From the NCBI GenBank assembly GCA_965249725.1, contig OZ252251.1, forward strand, positions 320,001-384,000: a stretch of DNA of 64,000 nt. Reading direction: 5' to 3'. Below the pieces are notes generated by a model that was not told where the DNA came from, made no database searches, and saw nothing but the letters and a program-made list of their open reading frames with translations. Positions 9,736 to 21,598 of the stretch are shown here, piece by piece (the first letter of the stretch is position 1; every line of letters begins with the position of its first letter). The translations under genes were made by a program, and so were the position numbers. Source of the stretch: Longimicrobiales bacterium (GTDB taxonomy: Bacteria > Gemmatimonadota > Gemmatimonadetes > Longimicrobiales > Gaopeijiaceae).

Positions 9736-10086
9736 ATGAGCCGCACCGTCAACAAGATCACGCTCGTCGGAAACGTAGGGCGGGACCCGGACGTTCGTGA
9801 AACCAAGAACGGCACCAAGGTCGCCCACCTGTCTTTGGCGACCAACCGTCCCCCATTCGGAGACGAAGCTGAAGAGCGCACGGACTGGCACCGTCTCACG
9901 TTCTGGGCCCGCCTCGCGCAGTTCACGGAGGACAACGTCAGAAAGGGCGACCGGATCTACGTGGAAGGGCGTCTGGAGTACGACACCTACGAGCGGGATG
10001 GGGTCAGCATCCCGACCGCCGACGTGAACGTTCGAGAGCTCGTGCTGCTCTCGCCGAAGGACCTCGTGGTGGAGGCGGCTGCCTAG
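9736..10086 (+). CDS. ssb: Single-stranded DNA-binding protein, short form lacking the acidic tail
   Basis: VNKITLVGNVGRDP, ERTDWHR, KGDRIYVEGRL; GGAGGAG RBS. Confidence 0.9.
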   Translation: MSRTVNKITLVGNVGRDPDVRETKNGTKVAHLSLATNRPPFGDEAEERTDWHRLTFWARLAQFTEDNVRKGDRIYVEGRLEYDTYERDGVSIPTADVNVRELVLLSPKDLVVEAAA

Positions 10087-10119
10087 CGAGCCGCCCTGGA
10101 AGCTGCCTTGGGATCTGCC

Positions 10120-10152
10120 TCCGGGGTGGGTGGGGGTGACCCCCGCCCCGGA
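10120..10152. terminator. GC-rich hairpin between convergent genes
   Basis: TCCGGGGTGGG ... CCCGCCCCGGA inverted repeat; no U-tract. Confidence 0.45.
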
Positions 10153-10182
10153 GTGCCCGCCGCGCGCCCTCCTCCTAGGCCC

Positions 10183-12255
10183 CTAGAGCCACTCCCAGAA
10201 GCGTCGCTGCACGGAAAGGACGAACTCCCAGTCGCCGCCCTCGCTGAGTCCACGACCCGCGTCGAGATGGAGGAGGTCCCAGCCCAACCCGACACCCAGC
10301 CCGGCCGAGCTCTTGAATCCGCGAGTGCTCTGACCAGGCCACCCATCGGGCAACGTCCGGCCACCGAACCTGGCCTTCCCCGCGACGGCAAACGCTCGCA
10401 GGGACAACCAAGGGGCGAACAACGGCTGGGCGCCCTCGATCTTCATGAGTAGAACCTGGTCACCGACGAAGGAGCGGTATCCGTGGCCGGGAAGGGTGTG
10501 CCTTCCGCCGAGGAGGAAGAGCGACTGGACGGGGGCCTCCTCCGACACGAGGCCCAACCGCAGGCTGGTTTCGATTGTCGTGCGAGAGGAGGTCACCTGG
10601 CGCTTGAGGCTGGACTCCCACCAGAGCGACGCGTAGCTCTGGCCGTCGAGGGCGCCTAGACGTCCCGTCGCCGATGTCGTGAGGCCCCGCTCGTCGGTCC
10701 GTCTCGAGTAGGAGGCTTCGAGAGCCCAGCCGTCTCCCTCATCGACGGGGAGGACGGGGCGGTACCTCCCCGTCCCGGCCGCAACGTCCACGGCGACGTT
10801 CTCTCCCGAGTCGAACCGTTCCCAGAGTCCGGCCAACCGTAGCGTTCCCAATCCGCCCACAGACCAGTCGTACCTAACTTCCGCACTCGATGTGAAGTAC
10901 GGATCCGAATAGTCCTCGTCGGCCAGGAGCCCCCCCAACGTATTGAGCGCTTTGCTGGCGCCGGGCAGCCGTGCGCTCGATTCGCCAGGTTCGTTCCACC
11001 CGACTCGGATGGCGAGCCCCTTGCTGGACGGCGCACGGGCGAGGGTCATCGAGAGCTGGCCCTCGTCGCGCCCGAAGGCGTATCCGCCAGTGGACTGCAG
11101 TCGCCAGGTGGGCCCGAGCAAGAAGGCCGCTCCACCTCCCGCGAAGGAGCCTTCCGCTCGGTTGTACCGGTAGATCGAAGAGACGAAGGGCACGTATAGG
11201 CGAGACGGCTTGAGCCCGCTCACGTACCGGCGACCCACCACAGCCATCGCCTGCCTTCGAATGCCCTCGATATCCGGAGACGTCTCGAGGCCCTCTTCCT
11301 CTAGCTGATCATACAGCCCGGTTTCGAACGGGAAGTTCTCGCGGACCTCCGTGGGAACCGACGAGACGGGTCCGCCCGCGAAAATGAAGTCACCGAGGGG
11401 AGGATTGAAGGTGTAGTCCCGTATCTCGAAGCGGCCCCGAATGATGCTCCCGGCCAAGAAGTCGATCACCGGGAGTTCTCGCCTCAGCTCCACCTCTTGG
11501 CGGTACGGCAGCCAGTACTTCCCGTCCCAGACGGAGTTGTCCATCGAGATGCGGATGTAGTCCAGGTTGCCGTCCACGTAGGAGGCCGGCGTGAACGTGA
11601 AGTTCATTCGGACGATCGCCCCGGACCCCCTCTGCAGGAACACGCTCCCGATCACACCCGGTGCGTCCCGGTCCCTGGGGCGGACCTCGACTTCGTACAC
11701 CCGTATGTCCGGGGTGGGGCCTGGCAGCGATACGGTCAGCGAGTCGGAGAGTCTGAAGTCGTAGATCCGCTCGGCTCCCGGGGCTACCGGGTGTGTGACT
11801 GCGGCCACCTCGTCGCCGTCCCCCAAGCGAATGAGGTCCCCGAAATCGTCCTGTACCACCGTGAGATGATCGAGATGATACTTGATGCTCGTGGGGAGCA
11901 GCTTCTCATCTCGGAGGCCGATTACGCGCTGCTTGGTTTCATCCGGCGCCCGCCAGAAGAGCTTGAGAGCAATCTGGTCCGTCTTCACCAGGTTGCGCTC
12001 GTCGCTGTCGGGACGGTCCAGGAAGAAGTAGACGTAGCCTCTCGCGTCCGCCTCATAAGATTGGAACGCCGAGTCGATCGCGGTGGCCTGTCGCAGGTCG
12101 CGTGCCTCTCTCACGAGCTGCACCGCCCTCGATCCGTTCCAGCCGTCCTCCGACTGCGCGTCGAGCCCCGGCACGAGCCACACTGACAACGCCAAGCCCG
12201 CGACGGTGAGACCCCAGCTCCGGGTCGGGTAGGTTGGGCCGGTCCTATCGGTCAT
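10183..12255 (-). CDS. Outer-membrane protein with C-terminal Omp85/BamA-like beta-barrel
   Basis: Signal peptide; LGGRHTLPGH resembles the Omp85 loop-6 LGG..LRGY motif; amphipathic strands; aromatic C-terminus (FWEWL). Confidence 0.65.
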   Translation of the reverse strand: MTDRTGPTYPTRSWGLTVAGLALSVWLVPGLDAQSEDGWNGSRAVQLVREARDLRQATAIDSAFQSYEADARGYVYFFLDRPDSDERNLVKTDQIALKLFWRAPDETKQRVIGLRDEKLLPTSIKYHLDHLTVVQDDFGDLIRLGDGDEVAAVTHPVAPGAERIYDFRLSDSLTVSLPGPTPDIRVYEVEVRPRDRDAPGVIGSVFLQRGSGAIVRMNFTFTPASYVDGNLDYIRISMDNSVWDGKYWLPYRQEVELRRELPVIDFLAGSIIRGRFEIRDYTFNPPLGDFIFAGGPVSSVPTEVRENFPFETGLYDQLEEEGLETSPDIEGIRRQAMAVVGRRYVSGLKPSRLYVPFVSSIYRYNRAEGSFAGGGAAFLLGPTWRLQSTGGYAFGRDEGQLSMTLARAPSSKGLAIRVGWNEPGESSARLPGASKALNTLGGLLADEDYSDPYFTSSAEVRYDWSVGGLGTLRLAGLWERFDSGENVAVDVAAGTGRYRPVLPVDEGDGWALEASYSRRTDERGLTTSATGRLGALDGQSYASLWWESSLKRQVTSSRTTIETSLRLGLVSEEAPVQSLFLLGGRHTLPGHGYRSFVGDQVLLMKIEGAQPLFAPWLSLRAFAVAGKARFGGRTLPDGWPGQSTRGFKSSAGLGVGLGWDLLHLDAGRGLSEGGDWEFVLSVQRRFWEWL

Positions 12256-12292
12256 GCAGATCGTACGCCCCCCTACGATCCCGGTTCCCCGC

Positions 12293-12325
12293 AAAAAGGG
12301 CCCCGTCCACTCATGGACGGGGCCC
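12293..12325 (-). terminator. Intrinsic terminator of the sigma-factor gene
   Basis: 12-bp stem GGGCCCCGTCCA-CTCA-TGGACGGGGCCC with a U5 tract on the minus strand. Confidence 0.85.
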
Positions 12326-12351
12326 CGGAACTCCCAACGAGAGTCTGTGCG

Positions 12352-13212
12352 TCAGTTCGCGCTCCAGAATCCCGAGAGAGAGTCACCATGCGGGCTCTCG
12401 CGGAGCTTCTCGAAGGCCCGGTTCCGGATCTGGCGGATGCGCTCGCGCGTCACCCCGAGGAGCGAACCGATCTCTTCCAGCGTACGCTCCTCACCATCGT
12501 CGAGCCCGTAGTAGAGATAGAGGATCTTCCGCTCGCGCTCGGTGAGGTAGCTGTCGAACATCGTCTCGAGAAAATCGCGTCGTGCGATGGCCTCGACATC
12601 CTCCTCGATATCGATCGCCTCGGCTCCGGCGAATCTCTCACCGAAGCTGGCGCTGTTGCCGTCACTCCGATCGATCGGGGCGTCGAGGCTCAGCTCGCTC
12701 GCGGCCACTCGGCGGAGCGCGCGGATCGTCTCGATGGGCTCGTCCATCTCGCGGGAGATCTCCTGGATCGTCGGCGAGCGGTCCAGCTGCTGCGTGAGAG
12801 CCGTATCGATCCGGGCCAGCTTGGCCAGGTTCGAATTCTGGTTGAGCGGAATGCGAACGGAGCGGGTCTGCTCCGCGAGAGCCTGCAGGACGGTCTGACG
12901 GATCCACCAGACGGCGTAGGAGATGAACTTCACGCCCTTGTCGGGATCGAACTTCTTCACCGCCTTGAGCAGCCCCTCGTTTCCGATGCAGACGAGCTCG
13001 GCGAGACCAAGGCCACGGCCCTGGTACTTTTTCACGTAGGAGATGACGAATCGCAGGTTGGCGGTGACGAGGCGCTCAGCGGCCTCCTTGTCGCCAGTGC
13101 GGGCTCGGCGGGCCAGGGCGCGTTCCTCCGCGGGGTCCTGGATGAGTGGGTATTTCTCTACGTCTTGCAGATACTGGTCGAAGGAGTCCAGGCCTCGGGA
13201 AGTCGAAAACAT
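12352..13212 (-). CDS. RNA polymerase sigma-70 factor, RpoD/RpoS-like, without region 1.1
   Basis: ANLRFVI, GNEGLLKAVKKFDPDKGVKFISYAVWWIRQ, TLEEIG..LGVTRERIRQI. Confidence 0.95.
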   Translation of the reverse strand: MFSTSRGLDSFDQYLQDVEKYPLIQDPAEERALARRARTGDKEAAERLVTANLRFVISYVKKYQGRGLGLAELVCIGNEGLLKAVKKFDPDKGVKFISYAVWWIRQTVLQALAEQTRSVRIPLNQNSNLAKLARIDTALTQQLDRSPTIQEISREMDEPIETIRALRRVAASELSLDAPIDRSDGNSASFGERFAGAEAIDIEEDVEAIARRDFLETMFDSYLTERERKILYLYYGLDDGEERTLEEIGSLLGVTRERIRQIRNRAFEKLRESPHGDSLSGFWSAN

Positions 13213-13343
13213 TCGTTCCGGGCGCCTCGTTCTGGAGGTGAAGAAAGTGACTAGCTACGCAAGAAACCAACGTCCTTCATTGCGATGCGACCTGCTAAAC
13301 GAGGCGAGGAGAACGGCTTAACCCGCATCGCGAGAAGGGTGTG

Positions 13344-13372
13344 AAACTTATAAAAGTGTGTTTCCCGAGTCA
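13344..13372 (-). promoter_or_regulatory. Sigma-70-type promoter for the sigma gene
   Basis: TTGACT-N17-TAAGTT on the minus strand in an AT-rich patch. Confidence 0.6.
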
Positions 13373-13481
13373 AAGGTTTTCTTCACGTATGGGTGGTGGG
13401 GCGAAAAAGGGCCGACCCGGTGTCAATATGGCAGGTCGCAATCGCCCGATTCGGAGAGGGTTGAGGCGCTCGCCCGCGGGC

Positions 13482-15230
13482 CTATCGGCGGCTTCGGAGG
13501 AGCTGGAAGTCCTCGAATCCGTGCCTCAGTCCGAGCAGTTCGCTTGCCGTCACCCGGAAGACGGGCTCCGAAAACGCATCGGGTCCGTTGATCGGGAAGG
13601 CCAGATCGATTCGGATCACTCCCCGCGTCCCACCCGGGAAGCCCACCCGCAGGCCCCCACCGGCGGTGGCCCCGAAGCCGGAGTTGTTGCCGAACGGGGC
13701 ATCGCCACGCCATACCGAGCCTGCGTCCACGAACGCCGTGAGGCCGAGATCGAAGACACCACCCGGCGACCAGAGGTAGACACGATCCTCGATCGAGCCG
13801 ACGAGGCGTCGACCGCCCGGGGCGTGATCCTGGCTGTAGCCCCGTAGGTTCGATGCGCCTCCCAGCGTCAACTGAAAGGGGATGGTCATGGACCATCCCG
13901 CGGCTCCCGAGATGCGGGCGTACAGCGTGTGTCGTGAGAGAGCGGATGGCTGCCAGTAGGTGTATACGTCGAACTCCCCAATGGCGTCCCGCCACCCCTC
14001 CCGCGGCCCCTCGAATATCTGGCGGCCCTCGAAGCCCACACTCGCAGCGAGGATCCAGCGGCCGGGCGCCATGCCTCCGTAGACTCTTAGGCGCCCGAAG
14101 AAGTCGTCGTCCTCGGTCTCCGAATCGGGCCCCAAGAATCCGATGCTTCGGCCCAGGGTCAGAGCCACCTCGCCGCCCACCGGCACGTCCTGGACACCGC
14201 GAAGTGCGTCGAGTCCGGCCCGCCGTTCGAACCGCAGGTTCCTCTGACCGAGCGTGAAGTTGATTCGGGTCGATCCGGTTCCCTGGGTCTGCGACGCGAT
14301 CGGTCCGGAAAGCTCCGGGGGGGCCGGGTCCGTGTTGGCGAAGTCCCGATTCGGAACCGCCTCGGGACCCTCCTCGAATCGCGCGAAGTCGACTTCGTCT
14401 CGAGAGAACCCGACTCCCAACGTCGTCAGCCGCCCCGCCTGTCCCAACCGGGCCAAGACCGCGGCCTCTGCCCGCTCCCTCAAGAAGGGAGTTACGACAT
14501 GTGTGTACGTGCCCCCCTCCGGTAGGCTGTATGCGAAGAGATCCTCTCTCCGGGTATAGGACTGCGTGGCGGCGTAGCGCCCGATCTCGCCTACGAACGG
14601 GTAGACGAACGCCTGCTGGAAGAACGGACCGACGCGTGTCTCGCCGGCCCGGAGGTGAGCATCCCACCGGGTGCCCAAGAAGCGGGCGGTCTGGAGTTCG
14701 CCCCCGATCTCGCGAGCCTCACGGCGCTCGCGGTAGAAGGCCCGTGCCGAGACTCCCCGTCCGAGCACGTTCTCTTCGGTGACGTCGATCCCGTTGAACT
14801 CGAAGCCTTCGTCGAAACGGGCCCGGAGCGTTACCTGAAGGGTCCATTCGTCCTGAGTGTCCACGACGACATGCACCGAACTGTCCGCCTGTGGGACTGC
14901 GAAGACGTCCACTCGGGCGATGAAGCCCAACTGGCGGATGATCCTCTCCGACTCCGCTGCGAGAAACGGGTCGTAGCAGTCGCCTACCTCGAAGAGCAGC
15001 TCCCTCGCGATGAAATCGTCATCGGTCTCCATGTGGAGCCAGTTGGCGAAGTCGAAGAACCAACCGAAGGACTTGCCAGTGTCGAGGTTCGCAGTGTCGA
15101 AGACCGGGTGGCCGTTGATGAAGACGAAGGAGATCTCACCCTCCGCACACGCCTGCCCCACTAGCCCAGCAGGCCTCGCCGCGGCCAACGCGACGATGAG
15201 GATCAGTGCTCGGCTGAGACTCCAGGCCAT
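13482..15230 (-). CDS. Omp85/BamA/TamA family outer-membrane protein with POTRA-like N-terminus
   Basis: Signal peptide; IARELLF..GD.Y....AESERIIR POTRA-like segment; EENVLGRG; LGGASNLRGY; FVDAG; RIDLAFP. Confidence 0.85.
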   Translation of the reverse strand: MAWSLSRALILIVALAAARPAGLVGQACAEGEISFVFINGHPVFDTANLDTGKSFGWFFDFANWLHMETDDDFIARELLFEVGDCYDPFLAAESERIIRQLGFIARVDVFAVPQADSSVHVVVDTQDEWTLQVTLRARFDEGFEFNGIDVTEENVLGRGVSARAFYRERREAREIGGELQTARFLGTRWDAHLRAGETRVGPFFQQAFVYPFVGEIGRYAATQSYTRREDLFAYSLPEGGTYTHVVTPFLRERAEAAVLARLGQAGRLTTLGVGFSRDEVDFARFEEGPEAVPNRDFANTDPAPPELSGPIASQTQGTGSTRINFTLGQRNLRFERRAGLDALRGVQDVPVGGEVALTLGRSIGFLGPDSETEDDDFFGRLRVYGGMAPGRWILAASVGFEGRQIFEGPREGWRDAIGEFDVYTYWQPSALSRHTLYARISGAAGWSMTIPFQLTLGGASNLRGYSQDHAPGGRRLVGSIEDRVYLWSPGGVFDLGLTAFVDAGSVWRGDAPFGNNSGFGATAGGGLRVGFPGGTRGVIRIDLAFPINGPDAFSEPVFRVTASELLGLRHGFEDFQLLRSRR

Positions 15231-15250
15231 CTACGCTCCAGTGGTGGTGA

Positions 15251-15278
15251 TTGACACTCGGTCATGCTCGGCTAAGCT
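15251..15278 (+). promoter_or_regulatory. Probable maeB promoter
   Basis: TTGACA-N16-TAAGCT. Confidence 0.5.
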
Positions 15279-15306
15279 AAACATCCCCTCTACATAAGGC
15301 TTCCGA

Positions 15307-17574
15307 ATGGACCGTCGTAGCAAAGCAGCCTTGGACTATCATACCAAGGGCCGCCCTGGCAAAATAGAAGTCATTCCCACCAAGTCACTGGGCACGCAGA
15401 GGGAGTTGTCCCTCGCATACAGTCCCGGTGTGGCGGTGCCGTGCCTCGAGATCTACGAGAAGCCGGACGACGTTTTCAAGTACACGGCACGGGGCAATCT
15501 GATTGCCGTCGTGTCGAACGGTACGGCGGTGCTGGGTCTGGGCAACATCGGTCCCTTGGCGTCTAAGCCCGTCATGGAGGGCAAGGGCGTGCTGTTCAAG
15601 AAGTTCGCTGGCATCGACGTGTTCGACCTCGAGGTCGGCTCGGAGGATCCCGAGGACGTCATTCGGTTCTGCGAGCTGCTCGAGCCGACCGTAGGCGGCA
15701 TCAATCTGGAGGACATCAAGGCTCCGGACTGCTTCGTCATCGAGAGGCGACTCAAGGAGTCGATGGACATTCCGGTGTTCCACGACGACCAGCACGGAAC
15801 GGCCATCATCGGCGCGGCGGGGCTCGTGAACGCGCTGGAGCTCGTGGGCAAGAAGGCGTCGGAGGTCACGGTCGTCTTCAGCGGGGCCGGCGCATCGGCC
15901 ATCTCCACTGCCGAGCACTTCACTCGCCTCGGTGTTCCGCGTGAGCACATCCTCATGGTCGACAGCAAAGGCGTGATCTACGAGGGCCGCGAAGAGGGCA
16001 TGAACGAGTACAAGGAGCCCTTCGCGGTGCCGACGGACCGGCGGACCCTGGAAGACGCCATGAACGGGGCCGATGTGTTCATCGGCCTTTCGGTTCGCGG
16101 GTTGGTAACCAAGGAGATGGTCGCCTCGATGGCGGAGCGTCCCATCATTTTCGCTCTGGCGAATCCAGATCCGGAAGTGACGCCCGAAGAGGTGGCCGAG
16201 GTGCGCGACGACGCTCTCGTTGCTACGGGCCGCTCGGACTATCCGAACCAGATCAACAACGTGCTCGGTTTTCCGTTTCTGTTCCGGGGCGCTCTCGACG
16301 TGAGGGCTCGTGGCATCAATCAGGAGATGATGCTGGCCGCGACCTATGCTCTGGCGAATCTGGCGAAGGAGACGGTGCCCCAATCCGTCACTGCGGCCTA
16401 CGGCGGCGAGCACTTCGAATTCGGCCCCGAGTACCTGATCCCCAAGCCGTTCGACTCTCGAGTGCTCTTCCATGTCGCCCCGGCCGTCGCGAAGGCGGCG
16501 ATCGAATCAGGCGTCGCACGCGAGACCATCGACCTCGCGGAGTACGAGGACCGCCTCAAGGCGAGCCTGGGACCCAGCGGCAACGTGATGAGGGGTGTCG
16601 TCGCTCGTGCGAGAAAGCGGGCCATGCGGGTGGTTCTTACCGATGGCTACAACGAGCGCGTCATCCGGGCGTGCCAGCAAATCGTGGAGGACGGGATCGC
16701 GGTCCCGATCCTCATTGGCCGCGAGGAGAAGATCAGCCAGATCTGCGAGACCCACGGTCTCGATATCACCGGTACCGAGATCGCACACCCCACGATGGAC
16801 GAAGACGTACGCCACCGATACGCGGAGGAGCTCTACCGATCACGAATGCGGAAGGGTCTGACCCGCGCCGAAGCCCGGGCCAGGATGTACCAAATGACCT
16901 ACTTCGGAGGCGTGATGGTTCGTTCTGGTGATGCCGACGCCATGGTCGCGGGCATCGAGTCGCACTATGCCGAACTCCTCCGGCCGGCTCTGGAGATAAT
17001 GGGCACGGCGGAGGGGGTCCGGCGGGTGGCCGCCATGTACATGGTGGCGCTGCGTGACCGAGAACTACTCTTCTTCGGTGACACCGCAGTGAATATCGAC
17101 CCTGATGCGGAGACCCTTACGGAGATCGCGCTCCATACGGCCGGATTCGTCGAGAAGCTCGGCATCGTCCCACGCATCGCCATGCTCTCCTTCTCGAACT
17201 TCGGCTCGTCCCGCCATCCCAAGTCGACGAAGGTCCGGGCGGCGGTGGAACAGGTGAAGGAGGCTCGTCCGGATCTTGAGGTCGATGGTGAGATGCAGGC
17301 CGACACAGCGGTCAATTTCCGACTCCTGCGCGAGCACTATCCATTCAGTACGCTGACCAAGGCCGCCAACGTCCTCATCTTCCCGAACCTGGCTTCGGCC
17401 AACGCGTCCTATAAGCTGTTGTCGGAGATTGGAGGGGCAGAAGTGGTCGGTCCTATCCTGATGGGAATGAAGCATCCGGTACACTTCATTCAGCGGGGGT
17501 CGACCGTCGAGGATATCGTGAATCTGGTAACCCTCGCGGCGGTGGACGCGCAGGCCCGATCTAAAGAGAATTAG
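15307..17574 (+). CDS. maeB: NADP-dependent malic enzyme fused to a phosphotransacetylase-like domain
   Basis: [51 protein letters not shown]-terminal DGEMQADTA. Confidence 0.97.
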   Translation: MDRRSKAALDYHTKGRPGKIEVIPTKSLGTQRELSLAYSPGVAVPCLEIYEKPDDVFKYTARGNLIAVVSNGTAVLGLGNIGPLASKPVMEGKGVLFKKFAGIDVFDLEVGSEDPEDVIRFCELLEPTVGGINLEDIKAPDCFVIERRLKESMDIPVFHDDQHGTAIIGAAGLVNALELVGKKASEVTVVFSGAGASAISTAEHFTRLGVPREHILMVDSKGVIYEGREEGMNEYKEPFAVPTDRRTLEDAMNGADVFIGLSVRGLVTKEMVASMAERPIIFALANPDPEVTPEEVAEVRDDALVATGRSDYPNQINNVLGFPFLFRGALDVRARGINQEMMLAATYALANLAKETVPQSVTAAYGGEHFEFGPEYLIPKPFDSRVLFHVAPAVAKAAIESGVARETIDLAEYEDRLKASLGPSGNVMRGVVARARKRAMRVVLTDGYNERVIRACQQIVEDGIAVPILIGREEKISQICETHGLDITGTEIAHPTMDEDVRHRYAEELYRSRMRKGLTRAEARARMYQMTYFGGVMVRSGDADAMVAGIESHYAELLRPALEIMGTAEGVRRVAAMYMVALRDRELLFFGDTAVNIDPDAETLTEIALHTAGFVEKLGIVPRIAMLSFSNFGSSRHPKSTKVRAAVEQVKEARPDLEVDGEMQADTAVNFRLLREHYPFSTLTKAANVLIFPNLASANASYKLLSEIGGAEVVGPILMGMKHPVHFIQRGSTVEDIVNLVTLAAVDAQARSKEN

Positions 17575-17650
17575 GGGTATATCGGCCCACGGCGGTCGGT
17601 GGCTTGATTGACGTTGAGCTCTACAGAGAGAAGGAATAAAGGACCGACAA

Positions 17651-19273
<1,623 letters not shown>

Positions 19274-19316
19274 GGGGAACCCGGGTGGTGGGCGGTATCA
19301 TGTCTGATATCAACCG

Positions 19317-20480
19317 TCAGCCTCTCTTGCGGCTACCCACAACCACCGCCGCGCCGGCGCTGGCCAGGACGGTGAGCATAGTCAAAAGGACGGACAGTCG
19401 GTCGGTCGACGGGCCCGCCCTCTGAGGCCCCTGTTGAGCCTGCGCCCAGCGCATGGTCCATTCGACTATCGGTTCTCCGAACGCGGCCAGGAATGCCTGG
19501 TCGGGGTCCTGCTCGGACGTCCAGAACCGGCGAAGCCGCTCCACCCCGAACTCTTCCTCCAGATCTGCCATCCACCAGCTCTCGGCATCGCCGAACCGGC
19601 CCCTTGCTCCGTCCTCATGTATCCATAGAGGAAGTTGAACGAAGGCCTCTCGCCTCGTGTCCCTGTGACCATGGACCAGGTTCCGGCAAGCCACGGTCCG
19701 ACCGGCGAGGCATCCTTCTCCGGCGATGACGCTGCTCCCGGGGTACGTCTGTCTCCACATGCCCCACATCGCCCGATGCTCAGTCATCTCGGCGGGGAGC
19801 TGCTCGCCCAACCAGCGGTTCTCAGCCAGTGAGTATGCTCCCTCGTCGCGCAGCCATCGATCGATCCCCGGTCCCGGGGCGCCGTAGGCCAGATAGAGTC
19901 CGCACACTCCCAGTATCCCCGTCGGGTATGGCGCGGCTTCCGGTGCCCAATCGCGTAATACGCGGCTCAGGCTTTGGCTGCCGACGTCAGCGAATCCTCG
20001 AACCACGACACAGACTTCCCGCTCATCCACTACTCCCGCGAAGTACTCGGACCCGAAGACGCTCCACGCCCTCCTCAGCGACGGATGGCCCCCGGCCTTC
20101 TCATGCACAAGCGCAACCCCGACCAGCACATGGGGGTCGAGTGTCTCTACCAGCTGGACCTCATGTCGCACGGCGGTGTGAAGTCGCTCCATCATTTCAG
20201 TAGAGGCCATGTCTGGAAGTGTCACGACGAAAGGTTCCGTGACCCCACCCTCCGCGCGGACCAGGCCAATCAGGGAGTCGCCTACCAGGGTCCGAGCGAT
20301 GACCTCGTTCACCCTCTGGGCTTCGAGCCCGATCCGGCGCGCCTCGCGCCGTTCGGGGGTGAGCTCTGCCCGGCGGTACCCGTCCGAGAACCGGTCCTGC
20401 GTTGGGGGCAACAGCCAGATAGCGGTCAGGACACAGCCCAGACCCAAGAACGAGATCCAGCGCCTCATGCTAGTCGCCAT
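19317..20480 (-). CDS. Hypothetical membrane-anchored protein of the YtrA operon (N- and C-terminal hydrophobic segments)
   Basis: Long ORF overlapping the upstream gene; GAGGAG RBS; CX7C motif; C-terminal TM plus basic tail. Confidence 0.75.
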   Translation of the reverse strand: MATSMRRWISFLGLGCVLTAIWLLPPTQDRFSDGYRRAELTPERREARRIGLEAQRVNEVIARTLVGDSLIGLVRAEGGVTEPFVVTLPDMASTEMMERLHTAVRHEVQLVETLDPHVLVGVALVHEKAGGHPSLRRAWSVFGSEYFAGVVDEREVCVVVRGFADVGSQSLSRVLRDWAPEAAPYPTGILGVCGLYLAYGAPGPGIDRWLRDEGAYSLAENRWLGEQLPAEMTEHRAMWGMWRQTYPGSSVIAGEGCLAGRTVACRNLVHGHRDTRREAFVQLPLWIHEDGARGRFGDAESWWMADLEEEFGVERLRRFWTSEQDPDQAFLAAFGEPIVEWTMRWAQAQQGPQRAGPSTDRLSVLLTMLTVLASAGAAVVVGSRKRG

Positions 20481-21598
20481 CGAGTACTCCTCATGGAAAT
20501 AGCGGCGAGTATGAGCAACCATGCGAACGACGAGAGTCGGCTCGGCACTCCCCCTCCATCGACGGGGGGCCGGGCAGCGATGACGGCCTCACGCCACGAG
20601 GTGATGAGTGCGTCGGGGGCAACGCGCGCAGCTGCGGCGAGCCTGTCTCTGATCGCTCCATCCGCGCCGGCCAATGCCTGGAAGGAGCCGGGTCCCCCGA
20701 GAGACAGAGCGTGTGCGACCAATGTCATTCGTGCGGTGGTGTACAGCGGGATCGCCTCGTCGTGTTCCCAGGACGACATGAGCTCCAAGCAGGGGTCGTC
20801 CAGATGGCGCTCCACACAAGCGCCGACTTGTGGCGAGTCTTCCAAGAGTGCGTAGCGGTCGGCGACGAAGGCGATACGGTCGTCTGCATCATACCAAGAC
20901 GTCGACCACTCCGACTGATGATCCAGGCCCAATGCGTCCCAGCACCGTGTCAGGACGCCGTGGTAGCAGTCTGCTACGGCGCTGGATCGGGTCATGACCA
21001 GTTGCCGATAGGTCCACTCCAACTCCTGATCAGGATCCGACGGAAGGAAGAAGCCGCCGGTCCATCGAGCCAAGTCCTCCGGGAGGCTCTGATTGAGCAC
21101 GACGCCCATTCGCTTGCTGACGAAGCTTTCTCTCGATCCGGGGGCCCACCTGGCGTCCACGACGGTGGCGTCTTCGATGCCCAGATCCGGATCCCTCCAG
21201 CGCGAATCGGTCTTGCCCAAAAAAGAAAAGAGGTGGCGATCCAGGGGACTGGGGGCGGTACCGACGATCTCGGAATAGCCTGCCCACGCGTGATCGAAGT
21301 ACTTCTTCGCGGTCCGCGCCTCGTCCTTGGAAGCGATCACGAAGAAGGGGCCGACCTGGAGCGTGTCGATCGCATTGTCGCCAGCGAGCTGCTCGTGCCA
21401 ACGAATCGAATCCCGGACGTTTGCTGCATGGTTGGCCTGCGTGCTGGCTTCCCTCAACGAATCGAGGCGGGCTGTGAGCCTCGACAGGTCAGGCTGTCCC
21501 TCCTGGGCCGCCGCGTGGCTCGTGGTGCCGAGTACGAACGCCGCGAGCAGCCCCAGCCGAAGTGCGCGCCGAATGTCGGGGTGCGCGGCCCTACACAT
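20465..21598 (-). CDS. Hypothetical exported protein with C-terminal membrane anchor, YtrA operon
   Basis: Signal peptide ending AAAQ; CX7C and CX8C motifs; C-terminal TM plus RSTRWR. Confidence 0.75.
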   Translation of the reverse strand: MCRAAHPDIRRALRLGLLAAFVLGTTSHAAAQEGQPDLSRLTARLDSLREASTQANHAANVRDSIRWHEQLAGDNAIDTLQVGPFFVIASKDEARTAKKYFDHAWAGYSEIVGTAPSPLDRHLFSFLGKTDSRWRDPDLGIEDATVVDARWAPGSRESFVSKRMGVVLNQSLPEDLARWTGGFFLPSDPDQELEWTYRQLVMTRSSAVADCYHGVLTRCWDALGLDHQSEWSTSWYDADDRIAFVADRYALLEDSPQVGACVERHLDDPCLELMSSWEHDEAIPLYTTARMTLVAHALSLGGPGSFQALAGADGAIRDRLAAAARVAPDALITSWREAVIAARPPVDGGGVPSRLSSFAWLLILAAISMRSTRWRLA

